Below, piece by piece: positions 37,625 to 50,772 of a DNA stretch of 64,000 bases. Made by a program: the position numbers and the translations under genes. The stretch is from Mobula hypostoma (lineage: Eukaryota). The notes beneath the pieces were generated by a model that was not told where the DNA came from, searched no databases, and worked only from the letters and a program-made list of their open reading frames with translations. Location of the stretch: positions 116,190,001-116,254,000 of the forward strand of contig NC_086108.1 of the NCBI RefSeq assembly GCF_963921235.1, written 5' to 3'. How positions within the stretch are numbered: the stretch's first letter is position 1; each line of letters begins with the position of its first letter.

Positions 37625-38652
37625 GTGTGGTTATTTAGTTACAGGTCTCTATCTCTCTGTGTGGTTGTTTAGTTACTGGTCTGTATCTCTCTGTGTGGTT
37701 ATTTAGTTACCGGTCTATATCTCTCTGTGTGGTTGTTTAGTTACCGGTCTATATCTCTCTGTGTGGTTGTTTAGTTACCGGTCTGTATCTCTCTGTGTGG
37801 TTATTTAGTTACCGGTCTGTATCTCTGTGTGGTTGTTTAGTTACCGGTCTGTATCTCTCTGTGTGGCTGTTTAGTTACCGGTCTGTATCTCTCTGTGTGG
37901 TTTTTTAGTTACCGGTCTGTATCTCTGTGTGGTTATTTAGTTACCGGTCTGTATCTCTGTGTGGTTCTTTAGTTACCGGTCTGTATCTCTCTGTGTGGTT
38001 GTTTAGTTACCGGTCTGTATCTCTGTGTGGTTATTTAGTTACCAGTCTGTATCTCTCTGTGTGGTTGTTTAGTTACCGGTCTGCATCTCTCTGTGGTTAT
38101 TTAGTTACCGGTCTGTATCTCTCTGTGTGGCTGTTTAGTTACCGGTCTGTATCTCTGTGTGGTTGTTTAGTTACCGGTCTGTATCTCTCTGTGTGGTTGT
38201 TTAGTTACCGGTCTGTATCTCTGTGTGGTTATTTAGTTACCGGTCTGTATCTCTCTGTGTGGTTATTTAGTTACCGGTCTGTATCTCTCTGTGGTTATTT
38301 AGTTCCTGGTCTGTATCTCTGTGTGGTTATTTAGTTACCGGTCTGTATCTCTGTGTGGTTATTTAGTTACTGGTCTGTATCTCTCTGTGTGGTTGTTTAG
38401 TTACCGGTCTGTATCTCTGTGTGGTTATTTAGTTACCGGTCTGTATCTGTGCGTGGTTGTTTAGTTACCGGTCTGTATCTCTGTGTGGTTATTTAGTTAC
38501 CGGTCTGTATCTCTCTGTGTGGTTGTTTAGTTACCGGTCTGTATCTCTGTGTGGTTGTTTAGTTACCGGTCTGTATCTCTCTGTGTGGTTGTTTAGTTAC
38601 CGGTCTGTATCTCTGTGTGGTTGTTTAGTTACCGGTTTGTATCTCTCTCTGT
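37625..38652. repeat. 32/34-bp minisatellite, ~31 copies
   Basis: Unit gtggttgtttagttaccggtctgtatctct(ct)gt. Confidence 0.95.
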
Positions 38653-38829
38653 GATGCTGTCTCCTTGCTGATCCACTGTCAGTATCATCAGCACATTTGA
38701 CTATGCACATAGTCCCTTCACTCGAGACTCAAGATTGTTTCATGTCATTATCAGTGCACAAGAACTAAATAGTTCTCACTCTGGAACTGATGCAGCAGAA
38801 AATAAGCAGACAATAAAACAGAGAGCACA

Positions 38830-40035
38830 CTTATACAGTCATAAGTTTCCAGCCTCCCGGGTAACCACATCTGCAGTAGCTTGAGCTGCAGCTTAATAAC
38901 GTTCGGGTCATATGGGGGAACGAGGGGACAGATGGGAACTACAGGGAGGTTGCAAGAGTCAAGTATCTGGATGACTATCAGGAGAGGGAAAGGTCATGGA
39001 CAGCCAATATAGATGACCCCTGCGGCCATTCCCCTCAATAATAAGTACACCACTTTAAATGTTCAAAGGTTCATTGTATTATCAAAGCGTCTATGCAGAA
39101 TACAACTTTGAGATCTGTCTTCTCCCAATAGCCATGAAATACAGAAAATCCATGGTAGCCATTGAAGGAAAAGACATCAACCCCACCCCCATGAAAAAGA
39201 AAAAGAAACAAAAACTCGCAAACCTAGTACCCCCAAGCCCTCCTTCACATAAAAACTAACAGATCACCCCCCCCCGAGAAAACAGCAGCTAGAACAACAA
39301 ACCCCAAACTCCCTCTCTCACACACAAAATATAAAAGATCTCCCACATGGGAAAAAACCACCAAAACCCCTCCCTCACACAAACTAACATATGTCCCACA
39401 AGGACATCAAACTCCAAACCCCCAGCCACCCAATTGGCACAAGAAAGAAAGAAAGCAGAGAAAACTGAAGGAGGCCGGTATTAACTACAGTCCACACCAA
39501 TAATCACTAAAATCTCAGAATTCTGAAAACAGCCTCTGTCAGCATTGAGGAGAACAACCATTCAAAGTTGGTCCTTCCTTGGAGAGTGACGACCGACCCG
39601 CTGCTGGGGGGCATGACCAACTTGAGGGAAGCCTCAGTGACCAATCTCTGGCACTGTGACTCAGCAAGGAAGAGGAAGACGAGGACTGCAGTAGTGATAA
39701 GGGACTCCATAGTCAGAGGAGTAGACATAAGATTTTGTGGACGTGATAGAGATACCAAAATGAACTACCATACACTTACCTGGGTTGAACTCCATCTGCC
39801 ACTTCTCAGCCCAGTTTTGCATCTTGTCATTGTAACCTCGGACAGCCCTCCACACTATCCACAACACCCCCAACCTTTGTATTATCAGCAAATTTACTAC
39901 TCCATTTCCTCATCCAGGTCATTTATAAATGTCACAAAGAAGAAGGGTCCCAGAACACCACTGACGCACACCACTGCTCACCAACCTCCATGCAGAATAT
40001 GACCTGTTTACAGTCACTCTGTGCCTCCTGTGAGC
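38830..40035. mobile_element. Degraded CR1 ORF1 (+) with an inserted LINE 3' tail element (~39058-39560), then a CR1 RT fragment (-, 39760-40035)
   Basis: RTAVVIRDSIVRGVDIRFCGRDRDTK (ORF1 esterase); MQNWAEKWQMEFNPGKC on the minus strand. Confidence 0.65.
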
Positions 40036-40831
40036 AATGTCTTCCACAGTGAAGACTGATGTAAAATATTTATTTAGTTATTCAGCATCATTTTCCTCAT
40101 CCCTTTACATTTTCCACCTATCACCTCTCAGCTTCTTGCTTCATATCCCCTCACCTATCACCTGCATATACTCCTTCGCCTCCTCCCACCTTCTGCCTCC
40201 TTCCTTCCCAGTCCTGACGTAGAGTCAGCCCCAAATGTCAACAGTTATTACCCTGCATTGATGCTGTCTGACCTGCCGAGTTCCTTCAGCATTCTGTTTG
40301 TGTTGCTGCAGATCCCAGTACCCACAGACTCCTCAGTCCATACTAATCAGCTTGCTCCCTTTTATCTACTTTGTCTATTCCCTTCTCAAAGAGATCACCT
40401 CATCGTTTTGAGAAAACCAGGTTGACTTTGTTGATTATCTGGCAATTTTCTCGGTGTCCTAACACCATCTCTTTCATAATGAATTCCAGTGTATCTCTTC
40501 TTCAGTTGTTAGGCTGAATACCCAGTTGTTTAATTCCTGTTCCTCATTCAACAGCAATGTCACATCGAGTACAACTCACTCTACTGCTGCCACGAAACAG
40601 CACATTTCACAACACCTCTCAGTGATAATAAACCTGAGCTGGATTTCTTTCCAGTCCTCTGGGATGTCTCTGGAAACCGGGTGATTTTGGTGGATTACAG
40701 CAGCCAAATGTTCTGATGCTGAGACCCTTCATCTGGCCTCCATAAATGCTGCCGAGTTTCTCCAGTGTTTTGTGTGTGGTGGGCAGTGCATTAGTGTACT
40801 TAGAAAGACAGAGTTTATACAGCACCTAAAT

Positions 40832-41090
40832 GGGCCGTGCGGTATCTCAGTGGTTAGCGTGGTGCTATTACAGATTGGGGTTCGAGAGTTCAGACTTTAA
40901 TTCCAGCTCTGTCTGTAAGGAGCTCGCACATTCTCAGAGTACTGTGTAGCTTTTCTCCAGGTGCTCAGTTTCCTTCCGTACTCCAAAGACATACCGTTAG
41001 GCTAATTGGCCTGTGATTAGGCTAGTGTTGAATAGGTGGGTTGCTGGCCAACAGAGCCTGGATCTCTAATAATTAAATAACTAAATAAAC
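40832..41090 (+). mobile_element. V-SINE (HE1-like)
   Basis: A-box-like tctcagtggttagc; V domain tctccaggtgctcagtttccttcc...ccaaagacatacc; (taaa)n tail. Confidence 0.72.
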
Positions 41091-41774
41091 AGGCCTTTCA
41101 GCCCATCCTGTCTATGCTGAGCTGTTATTTTGCCTGTTCTCATTGTCCTGCCCATGGACTACAGACTGACTTACCCCTCCCATCCAGAATGTGAGAACTC
41201 CCATGGCTGGCTGGGTGTATTAGAACCGAAAGGAACCGCAGAATACAGCATATTGGGATAAATCCATCATTTTCAGTCCACCTCGGAATGGTCACGGAAC
41301 AATACCTGGGCCTTAACTATTTGCAACCTATATGAATGGCTTGAATGGAGGGACCAGAGCCAAACATGCTAGTAATACAGACAGCCGCTTCCTTTCAAAC
41401 TCCAAGGTGCAGACTGACAAACACAGGGGGCTTGTAGTTCCACGGTTTGTCCTGGACTCCATCTCAAAGTTCATAAAATCAAGAGGGAGAGATAAGGTCA
41501 CAATCCTTTGCCCCAGGGTACGGAGTTTGAAACTAGAAAGCACAGCTAAATTGAAAGGGGAACGGTTTAAAGTTCAAAGCTCCAAGTACATTTATTATCA
41601 AAGGGCAATATGTATACCATATTCAAGCTTGAGGTTCATCTCCTTACAAAAAAAAAACACAACCTCTAGAAAAAAACATGCAAACAATAAAAATAAGCAA
41701 ATAACATTCAGAATTAACTTTCAGGAAAGTGAGTGCATAGCCACGAAGCCAGCCGTCACTGCAGATGATTCAGG

Positions 41775-42420
41775 AGCCCATTAATTGCAGACCATATGAA
41801 GCAATGTTAGCAGAGCTGGGACGTTTCTCTTTGGAGCGTAGAAGGATGAGAGGGGACTTGATAGAGATTTACAAGATTATGAGAGGCATAGATAGGGTGG
41901 ATAGCCAGTACCTGTTTCCCAGGGCAGGTATAGCAAACGCCAGAGGGCATATGTACAAAGTTAAGGGAGGGAAGTTTAGAGGAAACATCAGGGGTAAGTT
42001 TTTTACACAGAGGGTTGTGGGTGCCTGGAATGACTTGCCAGGGATGGTGGTGGTGTCATGGTCTGGTCCATGAAGTCTGCATTCTGGTTCACGGTCCGGT
42101 CCGTGGATTCAGGACTCCAGGTCTTCCAGCTGTCCCTTGTTTGAGTTAATCATTGGCACCTGATTCCCATCTTTAGGCTTGCAATATAAGTCGCCTTGGG
42201 ATTGAGTGTGGGCTGTTGGTTTGTCTTGTCATGTCCCTACTGTAGTCAATTCCTATTCCTTGTACTTCAGTGTCTGTGTCTTGCATTTGGGTCTGTTTCC
42301 AGCATCCCATTGTGACAGGTGGAGGCTAAAACATTCAGGGTATTTAAGAGCCTCTTGGACAGGCACATGGGTGAAAGAAAAATAGAGGGTTATGGGTTAA
42401 TGTGGGTTTAGTACTTTCTT
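41775..42420 (+). mobile_element. CR1 3' fragment interrupted by a solo LTR
   Basis: SLERRRMRGDLIEIYK...FFTQRVVGAWNDLPGMVV, resuming at 42318. Confidence 0.85.
42054..42317 (+). mobile_element. Solo LTR (264 bp)
   Basis: tgtca...tgaca termini; 5-bp TSD ggtgg (42049-42053 / 42318-42322); tataa at ~42185. Confidence 0.8.
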
Positions 42421-42439
42421 TTAAGGAAAGTACTAAAGT

Positions 42440-44760
42440 ACTGCAAATGTCACTCCGCTATTTAAGAAGGGGGCAAGGAAGCAAAAAGGAAATTATAGAC
42501 CTGTTAGCTTGACATCCGTGGTTGGGAAGTTGTTGGAGTCGATTGTCAAGGATGAGGTTACAGAGTACCTGGAGGCATATGACAAGATAGGCAGAACTCA
42601 GCATGGATTCCTTAAAGGAAAATCCTGCCTGACAAACCTATTACAATTTTTTGAGGAAATTACCAGTAGGCTAGACAAGGGAGATGCAGAGGATGTTGTG
42701 TATTTGGATTTTCAGAAGGCCTTTGACAAGGTGCCACACATGAGGCTACTTAACAAGATAAAAACCATGGAATTACGGGAAAGTTACATACGTGGATAGA
42801 GCGTTGACTGATTGGCAGGAAACAGAGCAGGAATAAAGGGATCCTATTCTGGTTGGCTGCCGGTTACCAGTGGTGTTCCACAGGGGTCCGTGTTGGGGCC
42901 GCTGGTTTTTACGTTGTACATCAACGATTTGGATTATGGAATAGTTGGGTTTGTGGCTAAGTTTGCTGATGATACTGTTACGTACCCCGTAACTGGGTTG
43001 CCAAACCAGCAGAAATGGATCACTCAGTTGGAGTCTGGAGTACTAGAACTAAGTAAGTTTTATTAAAGAAACAAGCAACACAGTAATCGAAAGGATAATA
43101 AATGCAACAGTTCAGCGATGATAAACACACATGTGCACAGAATTAAGATAACAGCATCAATCAAGCTCTATCGTTGTCTAGGGGTAAATGACCAAATTTC
43201 AAAGTGACTCAAAGTTCAGTCCAGTTTAGTAGTTCAGTTCGCAGTAATCGTTGCCATGGCGATGGACAACGTGGGGGGAGAGAGAGAGAGAACAGGAACA
43301 ACTCATCATTCAGACATGGCTTCACTCACAGACCGGCGATATGGCTCACAAGCAACTTTTTGGGCGGGTCCTTGGTGATGTCACCTGAGGTCACCGACTG
43401 TGACCCCTCCTCCAGATGCGGTCGATCCTCTGCAGTGAACCCGGCACCCAGGCAAGGGCGGACACACACCGGGTTCCCGCTGATCGTACCTTTCCACCCT
43501 GGCCGTTGTCCGATTCTTCTCACCCACTCGTGAGAGGCGCACCGCTTCCAGGGTCTCGTTACCTCGGGTGGCGTGTGTGTCTGCCTTAGCGAACCAGTCC
43601 CTTTTTATCCCCCTGCTGGGGTATCGCCTGTCCATCACTTCAAACAGTTCAGGGTTCAAAGGGGGAGCCGCTCCAGACAGCTCTCTCTCCCACATCCCTT
43701 CATTACACATCTCCAGACGCTGCTCCATTGTTCCTTATCTCTCCTTCCCCTGAGGGCAGGTGGCAGACCACTTGCTGATTGTCACTGATGCTAACCTAGG
43801 CCGGCAAACATCTTAATTTTATGTGTATTCTCGTCACAATACAAAAATAGGTGGAGGGGCTGGTAGTGCTGAGGAAACAGAGAGTCTGCAGAGAGACTTG
43901 GATAGATTGGAAGAATGGGCAAAGAAGTGGCAAATGAAATACAATGTTGGAAAATGTATGGTTATGCACTTTGTCAGAAGAAATAAATGGGCAGACTATT
44001 ATTTAAATGGGGAAAGAATTCAAAGTTCTGAGATGCAACGGGACTTGGGAGTCCTCGTACAGGATACCCTTAAGGTTAACCTCCAGATTGAGTCGGTGGT
44101 GAAGAAGGCGAATGCAATGTTGGCATTCATTTCTCGAGGAATAGAATACAGGAGCAGGGATGTGATGTTGAGGCTCTATAAGGCGCTGGTGAGACCTCAC
44201 TTGGAGTACTGAGGGCAGTTTTGGTCTCCTTACTTAAGAAAGGGTGTGCTGATGTTGGAGAGGGTACAGAGAAGATTCACTAGAATGATTCTGGGAATGA
44301 AAGGGTTAACATATGAGGAATGTTGTCCGCTCTTGGACTGTATTCCTTGGAGTTTAGAGGAATGAGGGGAGACCTCATAGAAACATTTTGAATGTTGCAA
44401 GGCATGGACAGAGTGGATGTGGCAAAGTTGTTTCCCATGATGGAGGAGTCTAGTACGAGAGGGCATGATTTAAGGATTGAAGGGCGCTCATTCAGAGCAG
44501 AGATGCAATGAAATTTTCTTAGCCAGAAGGTGGTGAATCTGTGGAATTTGTTGCTACGGGCGGCAGTGGAGGCCAAGTCATTGGGTGTATTTAAGGCAGA
44601 GATTGATAGGTATCTGAGTAGCCAGGGCATCAAAGGTTATGGTGAGAAGGCGGGGGAATGGGACTAAATGGGAGAATGGATCAGCTCATGATAAAATGGC
44701 GGAGCAGACTCGATGGGCTAAATGGCCGGCTTCTGCTCCTTTGTCTTATGGTCTTATATG
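42440..44760 (+). mobile_element. CR1 LINE RT + 3' UTR interrupted by a solo LTR
   Basis: NYRPVSLTSVVGK, QHGFLKGKSCLTNL, GVPQGSVLGP, KFADDT|KIGGGAG, PHLEY. Confidence 0.92.
42976..43838 (-). mobile_element. Solo LTR (863 bp, Gypsy-type 4-bp TSD)
   Basis: tgttacg...cgtcaca termini; TSD atac (42972-42975 / 43839-43842); AATAAA on the minus strand near 43060. Confidence 0.83.
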
Positions 44761-44829
44761 GGTTGTCACAACATCGAGGGCCGAAGGGCCTGTACTGTGC
44801 TCAGTATTTTAGTGTCTTCTAGTGTCAAT

Positions 44830-47130
44830 CAGGATACAATCAACATCCACCTTAAGTATACCAATGGACTTGGCCTTCACCGCACTCTGTGGCAGAGCAT
44901 TCCATAGATTTACTAATCTCTGACTAAAAAAATTATTCTTTATCTCTGTCCTGAAAGGTCACCCCTCAATTCTGAGCCTGTGCCCTCTAGTTCTGGATAC
45001 CCTCACCATAGGAAACGTCCTCTCCACATCCACATTATCTGGTCCTTTCAACATTCATTACATTTCAATGAGATCCCCAACATTCTTCTAAATTCCAGTG
45101 AGTACAGGCCCAAAGCTGCCAAACTCTCTTCATATGTTAGCCCCTTCATTCCCGGAATCATCCTCGTGAACCTCCTCTGGACTTTCTCCAATGACAACAC
45201 ATCCTTTCTGAGATATGGGGCCCAAGACTGTTGACAATACTCTAGTGTCCTTCCTGCCAGACCATAGGATTTTATCTTGTTAAGCAGCCTCACGTGTGAC
45301 ACCTGTGATTTTCAAATGCCTTCTGAAAATCCAAGTAAACGACATCCACTGCCTCTCCTTTGTCCACTCTGCTTGTTACTTCCTTGAAGAACTCTAACAG
45401 GTTTTTCAGACAAGATTTCCCTATACAGAAGCCATGCTGACTTTGACTTATTTTATCATTATTCTCCAAGTACCCCGAAACCTCATCCTTAATAATAGAC
45501 TTCAACAACTCTCTAACCACTGAGGTTAAGCTAATTAGCCTATAATTTCCTTTCTTTTGTCTTCCTCACTTCTTAAAGAGTGAAGTGACATTTGCAATTT
45601 TCCAGTCCTCTAGGACCATGCCAGAATCAAGTGATTCTTGAAAAATCATGACCAATGCATCCATTATCCCTTCAGCAACCTCTCTCAGGACTCTGGGATG
45701 TAGTCCATCATGTCCAGGTGACTTATCCACCTTAAGACCTCTCAGTTTGCCATGCACTTTTTCCTTTGTAATAGCAATGACACTCACTCCTGCTCCCTGA
45801 CACTCACGGACCTCTGACGCACTGCTAATGTCTTCCACAGTGAAGACAGATGCAAAGTGTTCATTAAGTTCATCTGCCATTTCCTTTTTCCCCATTACTA
45901 CCTAACCAGCATCATTTTCCATGGTCTAATGTCAACTCTCACCTTCCTTTTACTCTTCAGAGAACTGAAAAAACCTTTGGTATCCTGCTTTATATTATTG
46001 TCTAGTTTGTCCCCATATTTCATCTTTATCCTTCTTACAGCCTTTTTAGTTGCCTTTTGTTGGATTTCAAAAGCTTCCTAATCATCCAACTTTCCACTCA
46101 CTTTTGTTACCTTATATGCCCTTTCCTTGGCTTTTATGCTGCCCTTAACTTCCGTTGTCAGCCACGGTTGCCTACCCCTGCCATTTGAGAGCTTCTTCTG
46201 TGGGACATATCTATCCTTGTGTACTATTCCCAGAAACTTCAGCCATGTTTGTTTTGTCGTCATCCCTGCCAGTATCCGCCTCCAATCCACCTGGGCAAGC
46301 GCCTCTCTCATGCCTCTGCAATTCCCTTTATTCCTTTGCAATACTGATACATGTGACTTGTGTTTCTCCCTCTCAAACTGCAGTATGAATCCGATCATGT
46401 TATGATCACCGCCTTCTTTTATGTTAAGCTCCCTCATAATATCTGGGTTATTAGACAACATCCAGTCTAAGATAGCCTTTCCCCTTGTAGGCTTCAGCAC
46501 AAGCTGCTCTAAAAAGCCATCTCGTAAGCATTTAACAAATTCCCTCTCTTGCTAATTTTCCCAATCCTCTTGAATATTTTTCCCCATTACGATTGTGTCA
46601 TTACCCTTCTTACATGCCTTTTCCAGCTACCTTTGCAATCTCAACCCTATACTGTAGCTACTATTTGGAGGCCTGTATATGATTCCCACAATGGTCTTTT
46701 TACCCTTGCAGATTTTTAACTCCACACAAAGCTTCAACATTCTCTGATCCTATGTCCCCTCTTTCTAAAGATGTAATTCCATCTCTTACCAACAGAGCCA
46801 CACCACTGCCTGTGTCTTCCTGCCTGATCTTCTAATACAAAGTATATCCTTTGATGTTAAGCTCTCAGCTATGGCCTTCTTTCAGCCATCACTCAGTGAT
46901 GCCCACAATGTCATCCTGACCAATCTCGCATTTAAATACAGCACCTTCGGTTCTGCTTCTTCACCCTTTTGAATTTTGCTGCCGTGGTACAATTTCACTC
47001 TTTGCTCCATCTGCATTTGTACCCAACCATTGGTTTGTCCTTCCTTATATCATGTCACATCCAACATCCATCATCTGCTGACTCATCCTTAGCTCTATCA
47101 TGCTGGTTCCCATCCCCTTGCTGTATTAGG
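44830..47130 (-). mobile_element. Degenerate CR1 ORF2 (APE, RT, internally deleted)
   Basis: PTRGKAILD, DKSPGHDGLHPRVLRE, QHGFCIGKSC, YLDFQKAF, SLEKVQRRFTRMIPG. Confidence 0.88.
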
Positions 47131-47929
47131 TGTCAGCTTTAGAAGGATGTCGGCAAATTAGACCAGCTCCTTGGTCAGCAATGATGAATTAGTATGAAGG
47201 GCCTGATTCCATCTGTGTGCAATGTCAGTGGTCATGACCTTGACACTGGAGGACTTCCTGCTCTGCCTGGGTCTGGACACACAGTCAGACAGTTCTTGGG
47301 ATGGGTAGTGCACATGATCTCAAAATGAGATGGTACAGATGTTCCAGAAATAGTGCAGATGATCCTGGGATGGGACAGTGCAGACATTCCCAAACAAAAT
47401 GGTGCAGATGTTTCTTGGGACCAGATGGTGCAGATGTTTCCAGGGATGTCACAGATGCATCCTAGGATTTTGCAGATATTTTCTAGTATGGAGTGGGAAA
47501 CCTCACCCAGCTGTTGGTGCAGGAACAACTGTGCCCTCATGAATCCTCCTTCAACCCAGATATCCCCCTCTCCATCTTTCACCACACCCACTGATTTTAT
47601 CCATCCCACCAGTAACTTCCTGGAGACACCACTTTCCCAGAGGAGCCAGGACACTCAGTGTTTCCTTCTGTCATTTGCTTTTCATCTTTCCTCATCACTC
47701 ACTTGTCCCACACTGGTCATCCAACGCCATACCAGAGTGAAGGGCCAGTTATGCAGCAAGAGATCAGACTCAGTGAGTAATCAGACACTTTGAACTGCGG
47801 GCAAGAGACAGTTTTGCCCTAGGTGGTTGAGGGGAAATGGGAGGGGATGGATGAATATCTGGAATTCCCTGACCTGTAACTGTGGAGTTTCAGTCACTTT
47901 CAATCAGATCAGGACTGTTGGATCTAGAA

Positions 47930-48815
47930 TCAAAGTTCAAAGTAAATTTATTATCAAAGTACATATATGTCACCATATACAATCCTGAGATTCATTTCCT
48001 TATGGTCAGTAGATCCATAATAGAATAATAATCATAGTAGAATCGATTCAAGACTCCACCAACTGTCCACTCATCCAATGTGCAAACAACAACAAGCTGT
48101 GACGAATAAATCAGCGATGAATATCGAGAACATGGGATGAGGAAGTCCTGAAAGTGAGTCCTCAGGTTGTGGGAACTTGTTCGTGTTGATGCAAATGAGG
48201 TTGAGTGAAGTTATCCCCTTTGTTTCAAGAGCCTGATAGTTGAGGGGTAATAATTGTTCCTGAACCTGGTGTTGAGAGTCCTGAGGTTCCTGTACCTTCT
48301 TCCTGATGGCAACACTGAGAAGAGAGCCTGGCCTGGGTGGTGAGGTCCTTGATGATGGAAGTTGCTTTCCTGCAACAATGCTCCATGTAGATGTGCTTAT
48401 TGGTGGGGAGGGCTTTACCCGAGATGGACTGGGCCATATCCACTGCTCTTTGAATAGTGATGGAGGGATTTAAGGTGGGGGCTTATATGGGAGGCAGGAT
48501 TTGACGGCTGGCACAACATTGTGGGCCGAAGGGCCTGTATTGTGCTGTACTATTCTATGTTCTATGTTCTTTGTAGGATTTTACATTCGAGGGTATTGGT
48601 GTTTCCATGCCAGGCTATGATGCAGCTAGTCAATATACTCTGCATTACACATTTATAAAAGTTTGTCAAAGTTTTAGATGCCATGCCAAATCTTTGCAAA
48701 CTCCTAAGGAAGCAGAGGCACTGCTGTGGTTTCTTCGTAATTGCATTTACGTGCTGGGCCCAGGACCGATCCTCTGAAATGGTAACACCAAGGTACTTAA
48801 AGTTGCTGACTTTAA
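47930..48815 (-). mobile_element. Rex1/Babar LINE 3' part with nested CR1 3' tail (+, ~48452-48570)
   Basis: FKYLGVTISEDRSW, NFYKCVMQSILTSCIIAWHG; (tttgaac) tail at 47930; the insert ends in (ttctatg)n. Confidence 0.8.
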
Positions 48816-49114
48816 TCAAGGAATATTGGGATAGTGCAGGGAATGTGCAGATTGGTCATGTGATGGTGATAGCAGAGCAGATCAAGGGACTGATTGGCCT
48901 CCCCTGCTCCTAAACCTTTTGTTGATGAGGAATTGTTTTACCAGCCAATGGTACAAAGACAGGGGCGGGAACCAGCCTCTGCTCTCAGAAAGAAGGAGGC
49001 AACTTCTGTCCCTCGTTTCCCAACTCTCTGCGGTTTCACAAATGCTGTCACTGAATGTTTCAGAGATGTACAACTATTTATAGTGAGACACCAAACATCA
49101 TTCTTCAACACGCA

Positions 49115-49732
49115 CGAAAGCGTACGGTGTATTGGCCTTCATGAATCGTGGGATTGGGTTTAGGAGCCGAGAGGTAATGTTGCAGCTATATAGGACCCTG
49201 GTCAGACCCCACTTGGAGTACTGTGCTCAGTTCTGGTCGCCTCACTACAGGAAGGATGTGGAAACCATAGAAATGGTGCAGAGGATATTTACAAGGATGT
49301 TGTCTGGATTGGAGAGCATGCCTTCTGAGAATAGGTTGAGTGAACTCGGCCTTTTCTCCTTGGAGTGATGGAGGATGAGAGGTGACCTGATAGAGGTGTA
49401 TAAGATGATGAGAGGCATTGATCATGTGGATAGTCAGAGGCTTTTTCCTAGGGCTGAAATGGTTGCCACTTTTTAAGGTGCTGGGGAGTAGGTACAGAGG
49501 AGATGTCAGGGGTAGGTTTTTTACTCGGAGAGTGGTGAGTGCGTGGAATAGGCTGCCGGCGACGGAGCTGGAGGCAGGTACGATCGGGTCTTTTAAGAGA
49601 CTTTTGGATAGGTACATGGAGCTTAGAAAAATGGAGGGCTATGGGTAAGCCTAGTAATTTCTAAGGTAGGGACATGTTCGCCACAACTTTGTGGGCCGAA
49701 GGGCCTGTATTGTGCTGCATGTTTTCTATGTT
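49115..49732 (+). mobile_element. CR1 3' fragment
   Basis: LYRTLVRPHLEYCAQFWSP, FFTRRVVSAWNRLP, 3' UTR hairpin and tail. Confidence 0.9.
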
Positions 49733-49849
49733 AACACTCCAGTGATGGAGTTATCCAGCTAACAAACAGGGTGTGGGCCAGTGGAGCACAGAGAGGCTTA
49801 TCAACGTGTATCCCTGAAAAAATTAGTGTGTGCGTATTCCTGAATTTCA

Positions 49850-50752
49850 CTCAGTACCTGACCTCAGGAGGGTGTGATGGGACAGCGTGAAGGAACTTTA
49901 CTGTGCCTGACCCCGGGAGTGTGTGATGGGGTGGTGCAGAGTGAATTTCACTCTGTACCTGACCCCGGGAATGTGTGATGGGACAGTGTTGAGGGAGCCC
50001 TCTCTCTCTGATCCTGGGAATTTCACTCTCTGTTTGACTAGAAGTATTTATTGTGATGGTGTGGAGGGAATATCATTTTGTGGCTAACCCTAGGAGTGTG
50101 TGATGGGATGGTGTGGATGTAACTTCAATCTGTCTGACCCCAGGAGTGTTTGATAGGATGGTGTGTGGGGAGTTTCACTCTGTGTCTGATCCCAGGAATG
50201 TGTGATGGGCTGGTGTGGAGGGAGATTCAGTCTGTGCCTGACCCTGGAAGTGTGTGATGAGGTGGTGTGGAGGGATATTCAGTCTGTGTCTGATCTCAGG
50301 AATGTGTGATGGGACAACGTGGAGGGAGTTTCACTCTGTGCCTGACCCAGGGAGTGTGTGATGGGCTGGTGTGGAGGGAGATTCACTCTGTGCCTGACCC
50401 CGGAAGTGTGTGATGAGGTGGTGTGGAGGGACATTCAGTCTGTGTCTGATCTCAGGAATGTGTGATGGGACAATGTGGAGGGAGTTTCACTCTGTGCCTG
50501 ACCCAGGGAGTGTGTGATGGGCTGGTGTGGAGGGAAATTCACTCTGTGCCTGACCCTGGAAGTGTGTGATGAGGTGGTGTGGAGGGACATTCAGTCTGTG
50601 TCTGATCTCAGGAATGTGTGATGGGACAATGTGGAGGGAGTTTCACTCTGTGCCTGACCCAGGGAGTGTGTGATGGGCTGGTGCATTGGGAATGTCACCC
50701 AGTGCCTGACCCCAGGAGGTGTGTGATGGGCGCCTGTCCCTGTGTCTGACCC
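49850..50752. repeat. 52-bp minisatellite with a 156-bp (3-unit) higher-order repeat
   Basis: Unit approximately ctgaccccgggagtgtgtgatgggacagtgtggagggagtttcactctgtgt; period 50341 to 50393; variant units recur at 50237, 50393 and 50549. Confidence 0.9.
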
Positions 50753-50772
50753 TCTGTCCTCTCAATTTTCAG

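Noticed and set aside
47300..47480. Weak gtgcagatg periodicity and 146-aa ORF
   Set aside because: Too degenerate to define a unit; no recognisable protein similarity.
50719..50772. ORF-track start (MCDGRLSL...) of the netrin-G ORF
   Set aside because: It lies in satellite and polypyrimidine tract upstream of the splice acceptor; the TGA at 51418 is within the donor site.
1..50772. Upstream netrin-G exon (signal peptide, ITCGDPP-like) and downstream LE-domain exon (CKCNLHA-like)
   Set aside because: Not found by eye or in the ORF track; probably outside the window, though a short exon could have been missed.
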